This document shows, piece by piece, positions 48,221 through 58,536 of a stretch of DNA of 64,000 bases (positions within the stretch are counted from its first letter, which is position 1; each line of letters opens with the position of its first letter). Source of the stretch: Candidatus Saccharimonadales bacterium (GTDB taxonomy: Bacteria > Patescibacteriota > Saccharimonadia > QS-5-54-17); contig JBBDUI010000002.1 in NCBI GenBank assembly GCA_040903985.1, positions 104,204 through 168,203 on the forward strand, read 5' to 3'. The position numbers and the translations under genes were made by a program. The notes below the pieces were generated by a model, which searched no databases, was not told the DNA's origin, and saw nothing but the letters and a program-made list of their open reading frames with translations.

Positions 48221-49348
48221 ATGTTTATCGCCATTACCGGATCCAATCCTGAACTATCCCTAGCCGAGCTGGAGCGCATCTACACCCGCGTCACCCCCCA
48301 GAATAATGCTAGCGTTTGTTTCGACGGCGAGATCTGGCCCCACCTAGGCGGCACCAGTAAAATCGGTGAGATCATTACAACCCTAGACACTGTCGATCTA
48401 AGTAAGGTTATGTCCTACCTTGAGGCCGAACTACCCGATACTTTAGGCTTAAATACAACTAAATTCGATATCGGCCTCAGCTTTTATGGTAAGAGGGTAC
48501 GCAACTACCGCAGTCTCGTCTTCACCCTCAAGAAACAGTGGCGCCAGCGCGGACTTAAACCACGCTTCATCCTGGGTAAACAACAAGATCTCTCCAGTGC
48601 TCAGGTGATCCATAACCGCCTGACGGCAGCAGACAGTCACGAAATCATCATCAGCGCCGGCGCCGAGACGACAATCATTGCCCGTACCGTTTGGGTACAA
48701 GACATCGAACGCTACACCCTCCGTGATATGGAGCGACCTCGACGCGACCTAGAGGTCGGTATGCTACCGCCCAAACTAGCCCAAATCATGATCAACCTAG
48801 CCGGTGGCCACTACGTCTACGACTCCTTCTGCGGCAGTGGTGTCGTATTGCAGGAGGCCCTGCTAATGGGCAAACGAGCCGGTGGCTCTGACCTCGCATC
48901 AGTCATGGTAGAAAATGCTCGAGTGAACCTAGACTGGCTCAGTGATCGCTTCAATACGCCAGCACCAGAAGTGCTGAGTGTAGCCGATGCCCGTACCCTG
49001 ACCCTACCCGAGGGCGTAGATACTATCGTGACCGAAGGCTACCTCGGGCCGGGACAACACGGTTCTGCTACTCGTGAAGACCTAGTAGAACTAGCGGAGA
49101 GCTCTAGTCAACTAATGACAGTCACACTTAAAAACCTACAGCCGCAGCTGCCCTCAGGAGCAACCCTCTGTATCGCCCTTCCAGCCTGGGCCTACCGGAA
49201 TGAAGTTATTCTGCCACCTCTTATTGACACTGTGGAAAAGCTTGGCTATAATCGAATACGTTTGAACAGTGTATCCACGAATCAACTGCTCTACCTAAGA
49301 GACAGTCAGTACGTCGGACGCCAACTAATACTTCTGGAGAAGAAATGA
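48221..49348 (+). CDS. Trm11-like RNA methyltransferase
   Basis: LSLAEL, GMLPPKLAQIMINL, DSFCGSGVVLQEA, IVTEGYLG. Confidence 0.85.
   Translation: MFIAITGSNPELSLAELERIYTRVTPQNNASVCFDGEIWPHLGGTSKIGEIITTLDTVDLSKVMSYLEAELPDTLGLNTTKFDIGLSFYGKRVRNYRSLVFTLKKQWRQRGLKPRFILGKQQDLSSAQVIHNRLTAADSHEIIISAGAETTIIARTVWVQDIERYTLRDMERPRRDLEVGMLPPKLAQIMINLAGGHYVYDSFCGSGVVLQEALLMGKRAGGSDLASVMVENARVNLDWLSDRFNTPAPEVLSVADARTLTLPEGVDTIVTEGYLGPGQHGSATREDLVELAESSSQLMTVTLKNLQPQLPSGATLCIALPAWAYRNEVILPPLIDTVEKLGYNRIRLNSVSTNQLLYLRDSQYVGRQLILLEKK
49224..49252 (+). promoter_or_regulatory. Consensus sigma70 promoter for rpmA, embedded in the upstream CDS
   Basis: TTGACA-17-TATAAT. Confidence 0.8.
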
Positions 49349-49617
49349 GTAAGACTAAAGCAGGCGGTAGCGCTAAGAACCTCCATGATTCCCCCGGCCA
49401 AAGGCTAGGAGTTAAGCTATTTGCCGGGCAAACTGTTAAGGCCGGCGGCATTATCGTTCGTCAGCGTGGCATGAGCAAGATCGCCGGTGAAGGTACACGA
49501 CACGGCCGTGACTTTACCATTTACGCCATCCGTGATGGCAAAGTAGAGTTCGACAAAACGCGTATTAAGCGTTTCAGTGGACACCGCGTCCCACGTACCG
49601 TCGTTAAGGTCGTCTAA
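49345..49617 (+). CDS. rpmA: 50S ribosomal protein L27
   Basis: KAGGS..N..DSPGQRLGVK, IIVRQRG. Confidence 0.97.
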   Translation: MSKTKAGGSAKNLHDSPGQRLGVKLFAGQTVKAGGIIVRQRGMSKIAGEGTRHGRDFTIYAIRDGKVEFDKTRIKRFSGHRVPRTVVKVV

Positions 49618-49636
49618 ACAGCCACCCCTTATCACA

Positions 49637-49675
49637 ATTAAAACAGCCCGTGTTCGAGACATGGGCTGTTTTAAT
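49637..49675. terminator. Bidirectional intrinsic terminator
   Basis: attaaaacagcccgtgt-tcgag-acatgggctgttttaat. Confidence 0.88.
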
Positions 49676-49683
49676 GTCTTATC

Positions 49684-50070
49684 CTAGTTGATACCGAGAT
49701 GGTGCTTGATACGGGTAATGACGTCGGCTATGACTACTTGGGACTTAACCAAGTAGTCATCGGCACCTAACTCAACTGCTCTTTCTTTATCTGTATCCTG
49801 GCTTAGAGCAGTCAACATCACGATCTTAATCCCACTAGTTTCCGGTGTATTGTGCAATATATCGAGTACATCGAAACCGCTGATTTTTGGCATCATAACA
49901 TCGAGTAATATCAGGTCTGGCCGGTACTTAACCGCATCACTTAAGGCCGACTCACCGTTATCACAGTGGTATACATCAAAACCTTCGGCCTCAAGCCGCG
50001 CCTTATAAACATTAGCCAAGCCGGCGTCATCTTCAACCAGTAATATTTTTTTCTTCGGTGTTTCGTTCAT
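49684..50070 (-). CDS. Single-domain response regulator
   Basis: VEDD, LDVMMPKISGFDVLDIL; close paralog of the 5075 gene. Confidence 0.92.
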   Translation of the reverse strand: MNETPKKKILLVEDDAGLANVYKARLEAEGFDVYHCDNGESALSDAVKYRPDLILLDVMMPKISGFDVLDILHNTPETSGIKIVMLTALSQDTDKERAVELGADDYLVKSQVVIADVITRIKHHLGIN

Positions 50071-50201
50071 TAGTATAATCCTAGCGCTTAATCCAGTGTT
50101 TGTACACCCCACTCACCCCAGCCCACCCTAAGTCAGTTGCGATCGATATTTATCTAATTGCAATAGATTGTGGTCCCCGCCGGCCAGAGGGGAAAAAGTA
50201 G

Positions 50202-51806
50202 CTAGCGCTGGTCAGCTACGCTACGAGCGGCTTGAATAAGACCTCTAAACAGCGGATTTGGTGCCTCGGGCCGGGAAGAAAACTCAGGATGGAACTGGCT
50301 GGCGATAAAGAAGGGGTGCTCGGCTAGCTCGATCAGCTCAACAAGTTTACCGTCCGGCGAGGTCCCAGAAAACACCATACCGGCTGCCTCTAACTCCACC
50401 TTATAAGCGTTATTGAACTCGTAGCGATGACGATGACGCTCAGCTATAGTCAATCGGCCATACAACTTATGGGCCAGACTACCTTTCCCAAGCACACACT
50501 CCCAGTTACCCAGCCGCATTGTGCCGCCCTTATCCACCACTTCTTTCTGCTCATTCATTAGGCTGATTACTGGATCGGGGGTGTCACTATCGAACTCGAT
50601 CGAGTTAGCGTCTGTCTTGCCCTGCAGGCGCGCTAGTGCAATTACCGCCACCTGCATACCGAGACAGAGACCTAGGTAGGGTGTGCCCCGCTCGATAGCC
50701 CAAGTAGCGGCCTTAATCTTACCCTCTACCCCACGACTGCCGAAGCCACCCGGCACTATTATGCCGTCTAAGGCTTCAAAACGGCCTGGCGGCAATTCGA
50801 CTTCTAGTTCTTCGGAATCGATCCAGTCAATATCGACCCGCCGCTCTTCAGCCCAGCCCGCTGCCTTTAGCGCCTCGAACACACTCATATAGGTATCCTC
50901 GTGATCCATGTACTTCGCTACCACCCCGATGCGCACTTGGGGCAAACTCTTATCCATAGCGCGCTCTACCAGCTGGTGCCAGTTGCCTAAGTTCTCTTTC
51001 TTAGTTTTTAACTGTAGCCGATCGATGATAAAATCGGCCGTATCGCCCATCCGGAGTGGTACTTCGTACACACTCTCAACGGTCGGCACGACGCAAATAC
51101 CGCCTGCCTCTACGTCTGAATATAGGCTGAGCTTGTCCAGTACTGACTGAGTAGACTCCCGTTCGGAACGAGCTACCAGTACGTCGGGATTAATACCATA
51201 ACCCCGTAACGTCCGAACTGCATTCTGGGCTGGCTTCGTCTTCACCTCTTTACTAGCTTCGATAAATGGTAAGTAGACCACGTGTAGGTAGAGCACATTT
51301 TCAGCCCCTACCCGCTGCTTAAACTCTCGAATAGCCTCGAGAAAACTCTGACCCTCGTAGTCACCCACCGTACCACCGATCTCTACGAAGTGTACGTCAT
51401 ATCCTGCACCGGCAGCGGCTATAGCATCCTGAATGGCGTTAGTCACATGAGGGATAATCTGGACTGTCTTACCTAGGTACTTACCGGCTCGTTCATCGGC
51501 GATGACCTGGCTGAGAATCTTTCCGCTCATCAGCGAGCTAGACTGAGTCAGCTCCTGGTTCAAAAAACGCTCATAGTGACCGAGATCGAGATCGGCCTCC
51601 GCTCCATCTACAGTGACGAATACCTCGCCATGTTCAGCCGGATTCAAAGTACCGGCATCGGTGTTAAGATAGGGGTCACACTTCTGAATGTTTACTTTTA
51701 GGCCCCGACTTTTGAGAATCTTAGCCAGACTAGCCGCGGTGATACCCTTGCCCACGCCAGAAAGCACACCACCAGTTACAAAGATATATTTAGTCGTCTG
51801 TTTCAA
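50202..51806 (-). CDS. pyrG: CTP synthase
   Basis: KYIFVTGGVLSGVGKG, DLDLGHYERF, KTKPAQ, GLCLGMQ, QFHPEF; probable TTG start at 51806. Confidence 0.98.
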   Translation of the reverse strand: MKQTTKYIFVTGGVLSGVGKGITAASLAKILKSRGLKVNIQKCDPYLNTDAGTLNPAEHGEVFVTVDGAEADLDLGHYERFLNQELTQSSSLMSGKILSQVIADERAGKYLGKTVQIIPHVTNAIQDAIAAAGAGYDVHFVEIGGTVGDYEGQSFLEAIREFKQRVGAENVLYLHVVYLPFIEASKEVKTKPAQNAVRTLRGYGINPDVLVARSERESTQSVLDKLSLYSDVEAGGICVVPTVESVYEVPLRMGDTADFIIDRLQLKTKKENLGNWHQLVERAMDKSLPQVRIGVVAKYMDHEDTYMSVFEALKAAGWAEERRVDIDWIDSEELEVELPPGRFEALDGIIVPGGFGSRGVEGKIKAATWAIERGTPYLGLCLGMQVAVIALARLQGKTDANSIEFDSDTPDPVISLMNEQKEVVDKGGTMRLGNWECVLGKGSLAHKLYGRLTIAERHRHRYEFNNAYKVELEAAGMVFSGTSPDGKLVELIELAEHPFFIASQFHPEFSSRPEAPNPLFRGLIQAARSVADQR

Positions 51807-51943
51807 TTCCCTACTTCCCTCAAATATACCTCCTATACTATCATGTTGGCTGCCGGCTAGCGCAAGCACCTGAGCCTACTGTATACTCGATATAAGTCGC
51901 TTAAAATTCCCTCTAAGCCCGAAACTCGACAGCTCGCCCTGGT

Positions 51944-53158
51944 TTAACTCTCTAATAAAATCTCGAGTGCCCGGTCCAATTGCGGATCGTTCTCAGCCTC
52001 GAAGTCCTCGCTCGTCAGCTCTACTTCCTCATCCGGAGTGATGCCTTCTTTATTGATGTTTTCTCCTTCCGGTGTGTACCAATTGGCAATCGTCACGCGC
52101 AAGATGTCCCCGCCGCCGATTTGTAGTAACTGCTGAACGCTTCCTTTACCGAATGTCTGCTCCCCGATAACGGTCGCAACTCCCTGATCCTGCAGGGCAC
52201 CGGCGATAATCTCACTAGCACTAGCCGAACCACCGTTAACCAGCACTACTGTCGGCATGCCGATCAGCACTCCGCCGCTCTGAGCTCGTTCGGTGGCTAT
52301 CACCTTTTCCCCGCGGCGCTCCTCTACCACTACTGTACCTGCAGTGAGAAACTCACTCGTAATCGCTACCGCGACATCGAGATAGCCTCCAGGGTTATTA
52401 CGCACATCAAGGATAATACTTTCAGCCCCAGCCGCCTTCATCTTATGGGCTGCTTCACGAAACCGATCGGCAGAATCTTCACCGAAACGGACTAGTTCGA
52501 TATATGCGACATCACCCTCTAGCAGCTCACTCTCCACGCTGGGTATCTCGATCACGGCTCGAGTAAGTGTGATCTCTTCGAGTGATTGACCACTGCGAGC
52601 TATGGTCAAGACGACCTCTGTTCCCTCCTCACCCCTAATCTTCACTACTGCGTCATGGACGCTCATGCGAGTCGTATCTTCGCCGTCAATACCAACTATC
52701 ATATCACCGGCCCTCAAGCCCGCTTGAGCAGCCGGAGTACCGTCGAGGGGCGCTATCACCACCAACTGCTCTTGGCGTATACCAATCTCGGCACCGATAC
52801 CGCTGAATTCACCCTGCAGACTCTGTTCCAACTCATTCGCCGCTGCCTGGTTCAGGTATTCGCTAAAAGGATCGCCGCTGGCAGCCACTAATCCGGACTT
52901 CATGCCTTCAATCAGCTCGGTCTCACTTAACTCACCGGCATAGTTTTTCCGTAATAAATCGTAAACCCGCTCTACCGAATCGTAATTTAAGTCTTCCGGT
53001 AACTGTTGGTTCTCAGTCTCTAGATCAGTGAAACTCTGGCTCAACTGATCGAAGTTAGCACCGAAACCGAAGCCAAGCAGACCGACCAGAGCGGCGATCG
53101 TCAGTACCGAGCCAAGGCCAAAACGCGAATTATTAACTGCAGGTATAGGGTTTTCCAC
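51944..53158 (-). CDS. S41 carboxyl-terminal protease with PDZ domain (CtpA-like)
   Basis: FSGIG, DVRNNPGG, SASASEI, TFGKGSVQ. Confidence 0.95.
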   Translation of the reverse strand: MENPIPAVNNSRFGLGSVLTIAALVGLLGFGFGANFDQLSQSFTDLETENQQLPEDLNYDSVERVYDLLRKNYAGELSETELIEGMKSGLVAASGDPFSEYLNQAAANELEQSLQGEFSGIGAEIGIRQEQLVVIAPLDGTPAAQAGLRAGDMIVGIDGEDTTRMSVHDAVVKIRGEEGTEVVLTIARSGQSLEEITLTRAVIEIPSVESELLEGDVAYIELVRFGEDSADRFREAAHKMKAAGAESIILDVRNNPGGYLDVAVAITSEFLTAGTVVVEERRGEKVIATERAQSGGVLIGMPTVVLVNGGSASASEIIAGALQDQGVATVIGEQTFGKGSVQQLLQIGGGDILRVTIANWYTPEGENINKEGITPDEEVELTSEDFEAENDPQLDRALEILLES

Positions 53159-53183
53159 TAGGGATTATTGTAGCATAACCGAC

Positions 53184-54380
53184 TTAGTCGTGGATGAAGG
53201 ACCAGTCGTTTGAGTTATTGTAGATGTTGTAGTCGGCAAAATAACCGTTAAAGTCGGCGTTATACTCACTAACCCGGAAACTAGCACCGCCCCCGTACAC
53301 CTCTTCTACGATAGCGACATGGCCGTAATTACCGGAGTTAAGAACCGCTACTGCCCCAGGGGCAGGTGTGTTGTTGACGGTGTAGCCATCCCGCTGCGCG
53401 TAGCGACCTTGAACGTAGAATGACTGACCAGTTTCTGGATCGGTAAAAGTACCACTATTAGTCCAAAATCGAGCATGTGCGATGCCCTGGAAACCCCAGT
53501 TGGGCAGCGGACGGCCGATAGCATACCGCTCCCAAGCCGCATAAGAGGTACACTGTCGACTATAATAACCCCAGTTATCGACTCGGGAGTTCATCGGTAC
53601 TGGTGGCGCCCATTCAACCGGGTAGCCACCGTTCCCGACCGTTCCCGGAGTGATATTACCAGAGTTACCGGCCCGAGCTGCCGCGATAATGGCCGCCTGC
53701 TGAGCCTCAGCCTCTCCCAGACGCTGGCGCTGTTTGGCTACTAACTCTTGATAACGCGACTCTTCACCACGCGTCTGCTCAATCAAACGGCGCTGCTCAG
53801 CCTGACGATTAGCTAGTTGTCGCCGCTGTCCGTCTAGCTCACCGGACTTAAACTGCAGCTCGACTTCTTTCTCCTCCAAAGCCTGCTTAATCAGCACCGA
53901 CTCACGCGCTGCCTCGTTCAGGCTTTGCTTAACCTTGTCAAGATACTCCTGACGGTTAATGAAATCTGTGAAGTTTTCACTAGAAAAAAGCATCTCAAGC
54001 GTAGAGGGGTTACCCTGCTTGTATAACACCTTGATATTGGCTTGAATTAACTCTTTAGTCCGCTGCAGCTCGGACTCTTTCTGCTTGATATCGCTCTTAG
54101 TCTGTTTTATCTCTCGCTCAGTCCTGTTGATTTCGGCTTCGAGCTGGGCAGCCTCGGCGTTAAGTACCTCTAGCTTGTTCTGTAGGGTATCTTCCCGGTC
54201 ACGGAGTTGTCCGATTCTAGCTTCGGACTGATTAATCTCCCGGCTCAACCGGTTAATCTCCGATTGAATCTCGTTCATCGTCTGCGCTTCGGATACACGC
54301 GGCGAGAAACCAACCCACAGCACTAGAATTGCTAGGGCGAAAACGATGTTCTTGAGAGATATTCTTTTTAGGTTTGACAT
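53184..54380 (-). CDS. Secreted coiled-coil CHAP peptidoglycan hydrolase (PcsB/CwlO-like)
   Basis: Signal peptide, long coiled coil, RQCTSY, YGHVAIVE, SEYN. Confidence 0.9.
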   Translation of the reverse strand: MSNLKRISLKNIVFALAILVLWVGFSPRVSEAQTMNEIQSEINRLSREINQSEARIGQLRDREDTLQNKLEVLNAEAAQLEAEINRTEREIKQTKSDIKQKESELQRTKELIQANIKVLYKQGNPSTLEMLFSSENFTDFINRQEYLDKVKQSLNEAARESVLIKQALEEKEVELQFKSGELDGQRRQLANRQAEQRRLIEQTRGEESRYQELVAKQRQRLGEAEAQQAAIIAAARAGNSGNITPGTVGNGGYPVEWAPPVPMNSRVDNWGYYSRQCTSYAAWERYAIGRPLPNWGFQGIAHARFWTNSGTFTDPETGQSFYVQGRYAQRDGYTVNNTPAPGAVAVLNSGNYGHVAIVEEVYGGGASFRVSEYNADFNGYFADYNIYNNSNDWSFIHD

Positions 54381-54457
54381 GTTTGTGTTTAGGTTAGTAC
54401 TACTACTTAAAACACTACTTCAAAATAGTATAATTGTCAAGCTGCTTATGTTTGCGA

Positions 54458-55600
54458 CTAAAAGTAGATGTAAGTCAGCCCGGAAGCCGGAATATCACGT
54501 ACCGAGTACTTACCGGGCAGAAAGTTGTACTCGCTGATCCGAATCATGCCGTTGCCCAAGATCTTCTCCACATACATCGAGTGGCCGTACACTCCGATGT
54601 TAGCAATCGCGACTGCTCCTTCACGTGGCGCACTACCGCTAGGGATACCGTGGCGCGCCGCCGTAGAAGGCCACTGGTTGGCATGGCCAGCACCAGCAAA
54701 ATGAGGCACGTAGCGACCAGTACTAGACACCTTCCAGGCCGTATAGCTAACGCACTCTCGGAAGTAGAGCCCCCACGGATCGACACAGTTACTGCTCCAG
54801 CAAGGATAGGGACCACTAGACCAGGGATAGTTACCACCCCCACTAGATACAAACTGGCCACTGCTCTGTGCAGCGGCAGCGGCAGCGGCATAAGCCGCTC
54901 GTTGCTGCTCCTCTAGGCGCTCTTTCTCCTGCTCCTGTGAGCGCACTAAGTTCTGGTAACGCTTCTCCTCGCCCCGGGTCTCATTTACTAAGCTCTGCTG
55001 TGTCTCCCTCTTAACATCTAGTTGCTCTTTCTGGCCGCTCAACCGGTTAGACTTAACCGTTAAATCGGCCTCTCTGACTTCTAGCTCTCCCTTCAGCCGC
55101 ACTGTCTCAGCGGCGGCTTCGTTCAGGCTGTCCTTCACACTATCTAGATACTCCTGACGGCTGACAAAATCAGAAAAGTTCTCGCTGGAGAACAGAAGCT
55201 CTAAGGTGGAGGGATCTCCCTGCTTATAAAGCTGCTTCACATTCTGCTGGATAAGCTCCTTAGCCCGAGCTAGATCTGCTTCCATCTGTTTGATCTCGGT
55301 TTGAGTCTGACTAATCTCATCAGCAGTTAGATCGATTTGGTCTTGAGTCTGGCGGATTTCAGCTTGGAGTATGGCTAGCTTATTCTCCAGGGTGTCGGCC
55401 CGGCTTCGTAGCTCATTGGCGGCGCGTTTCGAGCGCTCGATTTCGGCATTTTTAGCTTCGATCTGGCGTTGCAGTTCCCCGGCGCTCTGACTGAGCACTG
55501 GCTGGGGCAGTACGCCCAGCAACAGCACGATGACGCTTAGGCCAAGAACCAGTTTTTTATAAATTACAGTTTTCTTACCATCATAATTACGCTTCAACAT
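54458..55600 (-). CDS. Secreted coiled-coil CHAP peptidoglycan hydrolase, second paralog
   Basis: RECVSY, YGHSMYVE, SEYN; shares YKQGxPSTLExLFSSENF with its neighbour. Confidence 0.9.
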   Translation of the reverse strand: MLKRNYDGKKTVIYKKLVLGLSVIVLLLGVLPQPVLSQSAGELQRQIEAKNAEIERSKRAANELRSRADTLENKLAILQAEIRQTQDQIDLTADEISQTQTEIKQMEADLARAKELIQQNVKQLYKQGDPSTLELLFSSENFSDFVSRQEYLDSVKDSLNEAAAETVRLKGELEVREADLTVKSNRLSGQKEQLDVKRETQQSLVNETRGEEKRYQNLVRSQEQEKERLEEQQRAAYAAAAAAAQSSGQFVSSGGGNYPWSSGPYPCWSSNCVDPWGLYFRECVSYTAWKVSSTGRYVPHFAGAGHANQWPSTAARHGIPSGSAPREGAVAIANIGVYGHSMYVEKILGNGMIRISEYNFLPGKYSVRDIPASGLTYIYF

Positions 55601-55801
55601 ATGTAGATATACCCCAGCTATTACATAGACCCTTGTGATGTGTGTCACAACACAAGCCTAGGCATACTAGCACGGCTAGTTGAGCCACTCAACCCGATAA
55701 GTCTGGCTTGAAAACAGCAAGAAGAGTTAGATCTTATCTGTAAAATTTTCGACACTTAAATCACTCTTAACCCCGAAACGTAACTTAAGTAACTTGTGAG
55801 T

Positions 55802-56728
55802 TCAGAGGTTCAGATAGCGTATCATCGCCATCATACTGGAGATGACCCCTAGCAAGATACCGGCACAAATCGTAACGAAAACGACTAGTGGCCACATTCC
55901 GGTGAAGAATGACAAGGTAGAGTCGAAGTTGACGAAATCGACCAAGCGCGGGGCTCCTTTGAGCAGGGCTGTATAGAGTACACCTAAGCTGATCGCGGCC
56001 GCGATGATACCGTCTAGCATCGACTCAAATAGAAACGGACCACGAATGAAACCGTTAGTCGCCCCCACTAGGCGCATGATACCAATCTCTTCCGAACGGG
56101 CAAAAATGGCCATGCGGATGGTGTTAAAGATAATTAAGATCGAGATACTGGCAAAGAGCAGGCTGGCCACCACACCGAAGCTGATTAAAAACTGGCGGGT
56201 GTCAGCGATACGTGCAATAGTACGGCGACGGTCCTCACCTAATGAAGTGTCTTCGATAATCGGCACGAACCGTTCATCCTGAGAAAGTAAGATAATCTCA
56301 TCTATCTCATTAAGATCGTAAACTTGGATTTCTAGACTGGTCGGAAGAGGATTCTCCGTCTCTGTCACTGCCTCTAGAATATCGGTGTTATCAGCGTTAT
56401 CCGCTTGGTAGCGCTCTAACGCCTCGGCCTTAGAAACGTAGTGCGTATCGGCTACGTTAGCGAGACTCTCTAGCTCAGTCTGGAGCTGCTGCACCGTCTC
56501 TAGTGGCGCACTATCATCAAAAAATAGAGCGATGTCGATCGACTCCGTCACCTGATCTAACGTATCGCCTAACGCCATATTAAAAACGACAGCTCCCAGC
56601 ATAATGGTTAATGTAATCACCATCACGGCTGTCGCCGCTACGCTCAACCACGCATTACGGAAGAAGTTGCGCGTACCGGCCAGTACAATGCGCCACAGGA
56701 CTAGTAGGCGGCGGATCCAGACCGTCAT
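55802..56728 (-). CDS. ftsX: Cell division permease FtsX
   Basis: YVSKAEAL, NPLP, NTIRMAIFAR.EEI.IMRLVGAT.FIRGPF. Confidence 0.95.
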   Translation of the reverse strand: MTVWIRRLLVLWRIVLAGTRNFFRNAWLSVAATAVMVITLTIMLGAVVFNMALGDTLDQVTESIDIALFFDDSAPLETVQQLQTELESLANVADTHYVSKAEALERYQADNADNTDILEAVTETENPLPTSLEIQVYDLNEIDEIILLSQDERFVPIIEDTSLGEDRRRTIARIADTRQFLISFGVVASLLFASISILIIFNTIRMAIFARSEEIGIMRLVGATNGFIRGPFLFESMLDGIIAAAISLGVLYTALLKGAPRLVDFVNFDSTLSFFTGMWPLVVFVTICAGILLGVISSMMAMIRYLNL

Positions 56729-57402
56729 ACGTCGTAACTCCCTTGCTCTTCGTCCTTGATCACTCGACCGTTACGCAGAGTCACTACCCGACGCTGCAGA
56801 GCATTAACGATGTCACGGTTGTGAGTGGTCAAGATTACCGTTGTCCCGTAGCGATTAATCTTCAGTAGTAGCTCGATAATATCCCAGGAGTGTTTGGGGT
56901 CCAAATTACCGGTCGGCTCGTCAGCGATTAGAATCTTCGGCTGTCGCACTACGGCCCGAGCGATGGCTACGCGTTGACGTTCACCGCCAGATAGTTCAGA
57001 GGGGAAGCTACGCTCCTTCCCTTCCAAACCGACCAACTGCAGCACTTTAGGTACGGTGTGCTGGATGACGCTTGTCCGTGTACCGGTAATCTCTAGGGCA
57101 AAAGCGACGTTCTCATAAATGTTGCGGTTCGGCAGCAGCTTAAAGTCCTGAAAAACCACGCCGATCTTGCGACGAAGCTGCGGTACGTCTTTCTTCGTCA
57201 AGTTGTCATAGTCGATACCGCCGATGATGATCTTACCGGAGGTCGGAATCTCTTCCCGGATCATCAACTTAATCAAGGTAGATTTACCGGCCCCGCTCTG
57301 CCCCACCACGGTCACAAACTCTTTAGGGTGGATATGCAAATTGACTCGGGCTAGGGCGGTATTACCGCCATAGGATTTGGAAAGTCTGTCTAATAGAATC
57401 AC
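56725..57402 (-). CDS. ftsE: Cell division ATPase FtsE
   Basis: GQSGAGKS, VVFQDFKLL, LSGGE, ADEPTGNLD. Confidence 0.96.
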   Translation of the reverse strand: MILLDRLSKSYGGNTALARVNLHIHPKEFVTVVGQSGAGKSTLIKLMIREEIPTSGKIIIGGIDYDNLTKKDVPQLRRKIGVVFQDFKLLPNRNIYENVAFALEITGTRTSVIQHTVPKVLQLVGLEGKERSFPSELSGGERQRVAIARAVVRQPKILIADEPTGNLDPKHSWDIIELLLKINRYGTTVILTTHNRDIVNALQRRVVTLRNGRVIKDEEQGSYDV

Positions 57403-57444
57403 GTAGCTATTTTAGCATAAGGCCAGTATAGATGAACGTCGTCG

Positions 57445-58536
57445 TTAACTCTTAGCGCCGATAGAATAGATCAGATAAGCGTCGATAAAGTCGTCTAAAT
57501 CGCCATCTAGCACTCGGTTCACCTCGGTCGTTTCAGCCCCCGTCCGGGTATCCTTCACTAAGGTATAGGGATGTAACACATAGTTACGGATCTGCTGTCC
57601 CCATTGTTCAGTATGAACCGGACCCTTCAGCTTCTTCAGATCATCGGCATGTTGTTCCTGCTGCAGGTGCGCCAGCCGCGAGCGTAAAATCTTCAGCGCC
57701 GTCTCCTTATTCTGCAACTGCGAGCGTTCGTTCTGGATCGCTACCACCACCCCAGTGGGAATGTGAGTGATACGCACGGCCGAGTCGGTAGTATTAACCG
57801 ACTGACCGCCCTTGCCTCCTGAACGATAGAGATCGATACGCAGATCACTCTCTTCAATCACGATGTCTTTCGGCTCGTCAATCTCGGGCGTCACCTCAAC
57901 TAGAGCAAAGCTAGTCTGGCGCAGATTATCGGAGTTGAACGGACTCAGGCGCACCAGACGATGCACACCGTGCTCGCTCTTCAGCCGGCCGTAAGCATAC
58001 GGGCCGGCCAGTTTAATAATCACATTCTTAATCCCGGCCTCTTCCCCGGCCGTCTCGCTCACCACTTCAGCCGTTAGATCGCTGCGCTCGCCGTAGCGCA
58101 AATACATTCGCTCCAACATCTGTGCCCAGTCCTGGGCATCGGTACCACCAGTACCGGCGTGAATATGCAAAATAGCGTCATTAGTATCGTATACACCGGA
58201 TAGTTTTACTTGAAACTCTTGCTTCTCAAACTGGTGTTTCAGCTCGGCAAACTTTTGCTCTAGATCCGTTAATAGGCTGTGATCTTCTAGCTGCGCCAGC
58301 TCCAAAGTAGCCCTAGTCTCCCCTAAGAGTTCCTGCCAGGCATCTACCTGCTTCTGTAGCTGAGATTGACGCTTAGCGATTACGGCAGCCTCGCCTGGAT
58401 CATCCCAGAAATCAGACGTTGCCATCGCCTGGGCTAGCTCATCTGCCTGCTGGGCTTTACTAGCGATCTCAAGCTGCCTCATAGCAGTCTCGATCCGCTC
58501 AATTAGTTCTTCGATAGCTTTAATTAACTCGTGCAT
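57445..58536 (-). CDS. prfB: Peptide chain release factor 2
   Basis: SPF tripeptide and GGQ motif; uninterrupted ORF. Confidence 0.97.
   Translation of the reverse strand: MHELIKAIEELIERIETAMRQLEIASKAQQADELAQAMATSDFWDDPGEAAVIAKRQSQLQKQVDAWQELLGETRATLELAQLEDHSLLTDLEQKFAELKHQFEKQEFQVKLSGVYDTNDAILHIHAGTGGTDAQDWAQMLERMYLRYGERSDLTAEVVSETAGEEAGIKNVIIKLAGPYAYGRLKSEHGVHRLVRLSPFNSDNLRQTSFALVEVTPEIDEPKDIVIEESDLRIDLYRSGGKGGQSVNTTDSAVRITHIPTGVVVAIQNERSQLQNKETALKILRSRLAHLQQEQHADDLKKLKGPVHTEQWGQQIRNYVLHPYTLVKDTRTGAETTEVNRVLDGDLDDFIDAYLIYSIGAKS

Noticed and set aside
31339-55789. Shared 11-mer TTAAGTTACGT at about 31339 (plus) and 55779 (minus)
   Set aside because: Only two AT-rich copies with no common context; compatible with chance
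55600-55800. Possible riboswitch (for example c-di-AMP) upstream of the CHAP hydrolase
   Set aside because: Only short hairpins; no recognisable riboswitch consensus by eye
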